A stretch of DNA of 38,683 bases from an uncultured Clostridia bacterium. Lineage in GTDB: Bacteria > Bacillota > Clostridia > Christensenellales > HGM11417. Positions 34,467 to 38,683 of this stretch are shown one piece after another. Position 1 is the first letter of the stretch. Each line of letters starts with the position of its first letter. Location of the stretch: contig CAZPMG010000001.1 of NCBI GenBank assembly GCA_964587785.1, forward strand, positions 60,567-99,249, read 5' to 3'. The position numbers and the translations under genes were made by a program. The notes below the pieces were generated by a model. That model saw nothing but the letters and a program-made list of their open reading frames with translations, made no database searches and was not told the DNA's origin.

Positions 34467-35879
34467 TTATTTTTTTGCCGCGTCGGACTTTGCGGTTTTT
34501 GCCGGCTTTTCGTCGGCTTTTTTGTCCGCTTTTTCCTTGGTTTCTTCGGTTTCCGCAGTTTTTGTCTTTTTTTCTTTCTGCGCCTTGGGCTTAGCCTGTT
34601 TTTCCGGATTGAGTTCGTTTAGCAGCGCAAACAGTTTATCTACCAAAATTTCGTTGGTGATATACTCAACCTGGCGCTCGCTCGCCGTCTCTTTATAGTC
34701 GTCAAGCGTCTTGCCCGCACTCTCTGCCATTGCCGAAAGCTTTGCGTCGATTTCCGACTGCTCCGCTACAATGTTTTCCTGTCTCATGAGCGCCTCGAAA
34801 ATCAAGCGCGTCTTGACGGCGCTGTGCGCGCGGTCGCGGTAGGAATCGCGCAGCTGCTCCATTGTCTGGCCGGTGTGCTTTAAAAAGTCGTCCAGCTTTG
34901 CGCCCTGATACATCAGCCTGTATTCCATCTCCTGAACCATGCTGTCAATCTGCGTCATTACCATTGCGTCGGGAATCTCAACCTCGGTCGCCTCGCTGAT
35001 CTTTTCAATCAGCTTGTTCTCGCGCTCGGTGCGCGCTCGGCTGTTGTTTGCGTCCTCCAGCCTCTTGCGAACGGACTCGCGGTATTTTTCCACGGTATCA
35101 AACTCCGACACGTCCTTGACAAACTCGTCGTTTAACTCGGGCACTTCCTTCTTCTTTATCTCATGCAGCTTTATGGCAAACACCGCCGCCTTGCCCTTGA
35201 GATGATCGGCATAGTCCTCGGGGAAAGTGATGTTTATATCCTTTTCCTCGCCGATGTTCATGCCGGCAACCTGCTCTTCAAATCCGGGTATAAACGACTT
35301 GCTCCCCAGAACAAGCGTCTGCTTGTCCGCTGTGCCGCCGTCAAACTTTACGCCGTCTACGCTGCCGCTGTAATCGATTATAACGGTGTCGCCGTCTGCC
35401 GCAGCCCTGCCCTCTACGGGCACCAGCCGCGACGCGCGGTCGCGCTCGCGCTCTATCTCTGCGTCAATATCCGTATCGGTTACAGGATATTCAATCTTGT
35501 CGAGTTCTATACCCTTATACTTTTCTACCGTAAGCTCGGGCTTGACCGGAACCGTGGCGACAAACACCACTCCCTTTTCGTCCACGCTCTTTATATCCAC
35601 ATCCGGGCGGTCAACGGGGTTTAGTCCGTCTTCCTTGTCCAGCACCTCGCCGTAATACTGCGCAAAGCTGTCATTGAGCGCCTCCTCAAAGAATACGCCC
35701 GTGCCGTAAATGCCCTCGAGCACCTTGCGGGGAACGTGCCCCTTGCGGAAACCCTGTACGGAATATTTGTTTTTGTTTTTAAGGTAAGCCTTTTGATTGG
35801 CCTCCTCCCATTCCGACGCGGTAAGCGTGATTTCAATCTCGGTAAGGCTGCCTTCTTTTTTTGCCACGGTATACTTCAT
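34467..35879 (-). CDS. tig: Trigger factor with ~45-aa Lys/Glu/Ala-rich C-terminal tail
   Basis: I set the start at ATG 35879 (MKYTVAKKEG...), preceded by AGGAGA with a 6-nt spacer. It has the GFRKGHVPRKVLE ribosome-binding loop and an FKBP-type domain. The ORF-track start at 35945 has no RBS. Confidence 0.95.
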   Translation of the reverse strand: MKYTVAKKEGSLTEIEITLTASEWEEANQKAYLKNKNKYSVQGFRKGHVPRKVLEGIYGTGVFFEEALNDSFAQYYGEVLDKEDGLNPVDRPDVDIKSVDEKGVVFVATVPVKPELTVEKYKGIELDKIEYPVTDTDIDAEIERERDRASRLVPVEGRAAADGDTVIIDYSGSVDGVKFDGGTADKQTLVLGSKSFIPGFEEQVAGMNIGEEKDINITFPEDYADHLKGKAAVFAIKLHEIKKKEVPELNDEFVKDVSEFDTVEKYRESVRKRLEDANNSRARTERENKLIEKISEATEVEIPDAMVMTQIDSMVQEMEYRLMYQGAKLDDFLKHTGQTMEQLRDSYRDRAHSAVKTRLIFEALMRQENIVAEQSEIDAKLSAMAESAGKTLDDYKETASERQVEYITNEILVDKLFALLNELNPEKQAKPKAQKEKKTKTAETEETKEKADKKADEKPAKTAKSDAAKK

Positions 35880-35916
35880 TTTTTGTCTCCTGCTTAAAAA
35901 TTTACGTTTACAGCAT

Positions 35917-35945
35917 ATTTTATCATATACTTGTGCTTTAGGCAA
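35917..35945 (-). promoter_or_regulatory. Possible tig promoter TTGCCT-17-TAAAAT
   Basis: The minus strand reads TTGCCT (35945..35940), a 17-nt spacer, then TAAAAT (35922..35917), about 40 nt upstream of the tig ATG. Confidence 0.35.
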
Positions 35946-35950
35946 ATTAT

Positions 35951-35980
35951 TTGACAGCCTTGTGCGCGTCTGTATATAAT
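35951..35980 (+). promoter_or_regulatory. Promoter TTGACA-18-TATAAT upstream of rqcH
   Basis: TTGACA at 35951..35956 and TATAAT at 35975..35980. The leader to the rqcH ATG is about 147 nt. Confidence 0.5.
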
Positions 35981-36133
35981 TGTAGGGGATGATTACGCTG
36001 TATCTATATATTTAAACCGATAAGGCGCGTGTTAAGCCGTTACACTTTGTCAAATGCGGAAAACAAACTAACACAGGCGGCTTACTCCCCTTAATAATAC
36101 AAAACAACGGCGCGGACAGCCGCAAGGAGCAAT

Positions 36134-37867
36134 ATGCCTAACGACGCTTTTACAATTTCATACATCGTGCGCGAGCTTGACGCGCTGCTTACCGGCGGCA
36201 AGGTTGTCAAAATCACGCAGCCGGAGAGCGAGGAAATTTTACTGCAAATTTACAGCGGCGGAGCAAACCACAGGCTGCTCATTTGCGCAAATGCCTCCGC
36301 GCCGCGCGTGCATATCACCGCACACACCAAGGAAAATCCCAAGGACGCATTCAACTTTTTGATGGTGCTGCGCAAGCATATATCGGGCGCGCGCATAACC
36401 GCCGTTACCCAGCCGCCGTTTGAGCGTATCGTGCAGATTGACTTTGCCTGCAAAAATGAGCTGAAGGACGAGGAAAACAAGCGGCTGGTAATAGAGATTA
36501 TGGGCAAGCACAGCAATATCATACTCACGGGCGCGGACGGACGCATACTCGGCTGCGCAAAGACAGTGCCGTTTGACCTAAGCTCGGTGCGTCAGGTGCT
36601 GCCCGGACTCGACTATGCATATCCACCTGAGCGGCCGGGCGTGCTGCCGACTGACGAAGCACAGGTGACGGAGCTGTTAAACAGCTTTGAGGGCGGCGAT
36701 TTTGCAAAGTTTTTGTCGCAAAGGCTGATGGGAGTATCTTATGCCACGACACTTGCCGCCGCGATATATTCGGGCGTGCAGGACAGCCTCCCTGTTTTAC
36801 ACGGACAGTGGCAGCTTACCGCAAAAAAGCTTATAGAATTTTTCAGCCTGCCAAAGACCCCCTGTTATGAGGTAAAAGACGGCGTTGCCTCGGATTTTTA
36901 CGCATTCCCCTACCCTCAAATTTCGGGGCAGATTGTCTCCGTGCCCACGGTAAGCGCCGCCGCCGAGGAATTTTATATTAAAAGCGACCTTGCCCGCAGG
37001 CTTGCCGAACGGTCAAGGGGTATGCTGTCGCTGGTGCGCACGCATATTTCGCGTCTGGAAAAAAAGCGCGCGCTGCTATCTGCGCAGCTGCTTGACGCTG
37101 ACAAAGCAGGCCATGCCAAAAAGCTTGCCGAACTTGTGACGGCTAACCTTTACAAAATAAAGCAGGGCGACAAGAAGCTTGTATGCACGGACTATTACCA
37201 CCCGGAGCAGCCGGAGATAACCATTGCGCTGGAGGAAACGCTCACTCCTGCGCAGAACGCTCAAAAGCTTTACAAGCGCTATACAAAGCTGAAAAACGCA
37301 GGCAGGCACGCACATGAGCAGCTCAACGGCTGCGCGGAGCAACTTGATTACCTGCGTTCGGTGGAGAGCGCGATACTGCTCTGCCAAGCGCCCCAGGAGC
37401 TGTCTGACATTGCCGGCGAGCTAAAGCTTTCCGGCCTGATAAAGGCGCAAAAAAGCCAAAAACCGGGTAAAAAGCCAAAGGATACGCCCGCGCTCAGCCG
37501 CCCGTATGAATACCGCGCCGAGGGCTTTAAAATCCTTGCGGGCAAAAACAACCTGCAAAATGACCGCCTGACATTTGAGACGGCAAAAGGCGGCGACATT
37601 TGGCTGCATGCGCGGCAGTTCCACGGCGCGCACGTTATAATCATAACCGAAGGAAAACCTGTGCCGGACAGCGTGCTCACCGCTGCGCAGGAGATAGCCG
37701 CTTACCATTCGCAGGCGCGCGGGAGCGGCAAGGCGCCCGTTGACTATGCGCTGAAAAAGCACGTAAAAAAGCCGCCCGCCGCAAAGCCCGGCCTTGTGAT
37801 ATACACCGATTACTCCACGGCAATGGCAGTGCCGAATGAGCACTTGGAGCTTTTAGCAGATAGTTAA
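36134..37867 (+). CDS. rqcH: Ribosome quality control factor RqcH (NFACT family, formerly fibronectin-binding protein A)
   Basis: NFACT-N region, a coiled-coil middle, and an NFACT-R/DUF814 region (GGDIWLHARQFHGAHVII). RBS AAGGAG upstream. Confidence 0.88.
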   Translation: MPNDAFTISYIVRELDALLTGGKVVKITQPESEEILLQIYSGGANHRLLICANASAPRVHITAHTKENPKDAFNFLMVLRKHISGARITAVTQPPFERIVQIDFACKNELKDEENKRLVIEIMGKHSNIILTGADGRILGCAKTVPFDLSSVRQVLPGLDYAYPPERPGVLPTDEAQVTELLNSFEGGDFAKFLSQRLMGVSYATTLAAAIYSGVQDSLPVLHGQWQLTAKKLIEFFSLPKTPCYEVKDGVASDFYAFPYPQISGQIVSVPTVSAAAEEFYIKSDLARRLAERSRGMLSLVRTHISRLEKKRALLSAQLLDADKAGHAKKLAELVTANLYKIKQGDKKLVCTDYYHPEQPEITIALEETLTPAQNAQKLYKRYTKLKNAGRHAHEQLNGCAEQLDYLRSVESAILLCQAPQELSDIAGELKLSGLIKAQKSQKPGKKPKDTPALSRPYEYRAEGFKILAGKNNLQNDRLTFETAKGGDIWLHARQFHGAHVIIITEGKPVPDSVLTAAQEIAAYHSQARGSGKAPVDYALKKHVKKPPAAKPGLVIYTDYSTAMAVPNEHLELLADS

Positions 37868-37952
37868 AAAAATCTGCAAAATTAAAACACTAAAAACGTG
37901 CTCAAAGTATAGTCAATTACAACATTGTAAAATGAAATGCGAAGTAAACTAA

Positions 37953-37994
37953 AACAACCCACCAAGGGCAAATGTGAGCCTTTGGTGGGTTGTT
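37953..37994. terminator. Bidirectional terminator between convergent rqcH and the AT-rich gene
   Basis: 13-bp perfect arms AACAACCCACCAA / TTGGTGGGTTGTT. The minus-strand tail is UUUUAGUUUA and the plus-strand tail is TATCTCTT. Confidence 0.7.
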
Positions 37995-38572
37995 TATCTC
38001 TTAGATATAAAATGTTCTAAAACGACTAATCTTTGCGATGTCGGAAAAAACATAATGTAAAGTTCCACTTCCTGATTGTTTATTGAAGATCCGCATAGAC
38101 CCCAAGAAAAATTTGTTTTATACATCCATTCTATGCGGTAAGTATAAGGAATATTTAAATTAGAGTGTGTTAAGGTTTGATCTAGTAAAAGTCCAAATAG
38201 CATACTTTCGCTTGTACTAGAAAATGAATTTGTTATGCGCTGGTATTCATCCCATGTATATGAAGATATTTCTTTACCAAATCCAGTCAAAAATTTAGAT
38301 AAAGATTCGCCGGGGTAGGAACTCGGCAATTGAAATACTGAATATATTTTTATTTCGCCAGCATTACCAAGTCCACCTTTTGATTTTGTAGTGAATTCTA
38401 AAACACTTCCATTGGGTAAAGATATCCCCCAATTTGATTTATACATTTCTAGAGAAACATCGGCGTCACTTCTTTTTAATAAGGTTGTCATCAAAAAAAC
38501 ACACGAAATTACTATTGTTATAGACAACAAGACAATAATCGACATAAAACGAGAAATTTTCATTTTTTTCAT
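37994..38572 (-). CDS. Hypothetical membrane-anchored protein encoded in AT-rich DNA
   Basis: A 192-aa open frame in a stretch where stop codons should be frequent, which supports a real CDS. It has an N-terminal hydrophobic helix (FMSIIVLLSITIVISCVFLMTTLL). I recognise no domain and see no clear RBS. Confidence 0.65.
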   Translation of the reverse strand: MKKMKISRFMSIIVLLSITIVISCVFLMTTLLKRSDADVSLEMYKSNWGISLPNGSVLEFTTKSKGGLGNAGEIKIYSVFQLPSSYPGESLSKFLTGFGKEISSYTWDEYQRITNSFSSTSESMLFGLLLDQTLTHSNLNIPYTYRIEWMYKTNFSWGLCGSSINNQEVELYIMFFPTSQRLVVLEHFISKR

Positions 38573-38683
38573 ATTACATTTTATGTAATTCGCTTTTTAT
38601 AAGAATAAAAAACATAAATAAATATTATAGGAGCTTCCGAAAAACTTAGAGAATTGCATTTTGAAATGCAGATAATGGCTCTA

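Noticed and set aside
1-38683. Window-wide look for defence systems, toxin-antitoxin pairs, CRISPR repeats, transposases or integrases, prophage genes, tRNA/rRNA, or any co-oriented cluster of unknown genes.
   Set aside because: None were found. Apart from three small or unknown ORFs, every gene is a recognisable housekeeping function in conserved Firmicutes synteny, so claiming a novel system here would not be supported.

Overview
This 38.7-kb window is a core housekeeping region from a moderately high-GC Firmicutes/Clostridia-type chromosome. That assignment is an inference from gene order and protein sequences. Almost everything is on the minus strand.

Gene content in window order:
- A DUF3298-type protein, an M23 peptidase and a LysR regulator.
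- An iron module: feoA-feoB, divergent from a DtxR-family repressor.
- The complete S10-spc-alpha ribosomal protein supercluster, which in transcription order is rpsJ-rplCDWB-rpsS-rplV-rpsC-rplP-rpmC-rpsQ-rplNXE-rpsN-rpsH-rplFR-rpsE-rpmD-rplO-secY-adk-map-KOW-infA-rpmJ-rpsMKD-rpoA-rplQ.
- A small hypothetical gene, plsY, der, bioY and a cyclophilin-like lipoprotein.
- The classic tig-clpP-clpX-lon-engB proteostasis block.
- rqcH on the plus strand.
- A sharp drop into AT-rich DNA carrying one unknown membrane-anchored protein at the right edge.

I see no rRNA, tRNA, CRISPR array, transposase, integrase or recognisable defence or toxin gene, and I cannot support a novel multi-gene system here.

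The observations worth follow-up are smaller in scale:
- A perfect consensus promoter followed by a roughly 400-nt structured leader with a terminator-like element in front of rpsJ.
- Lys/Ala/Glu-rich low-complexity extensions on L24, L5, L17, L29 and trigger factor.
- FeoB carrying a fused Cys-rich membrane tail and an N-terminus built from degenerate 24-nt repeats.
- A promoter, structured RNA and terminator unit upstream of the LysR gene.
- A BirA-type operator at bioY.
- A cyclophilin-like lipoprotein that appears to lack the catalytic motif.
- Several ORF-track starts that need correction: rpoA, rplP, rpmD, tig, der and the M23 peptidase. rpmJ is missing from the track entirely.

All structure and motif calls were made by eye. 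Nothing was computed or searched against a database.
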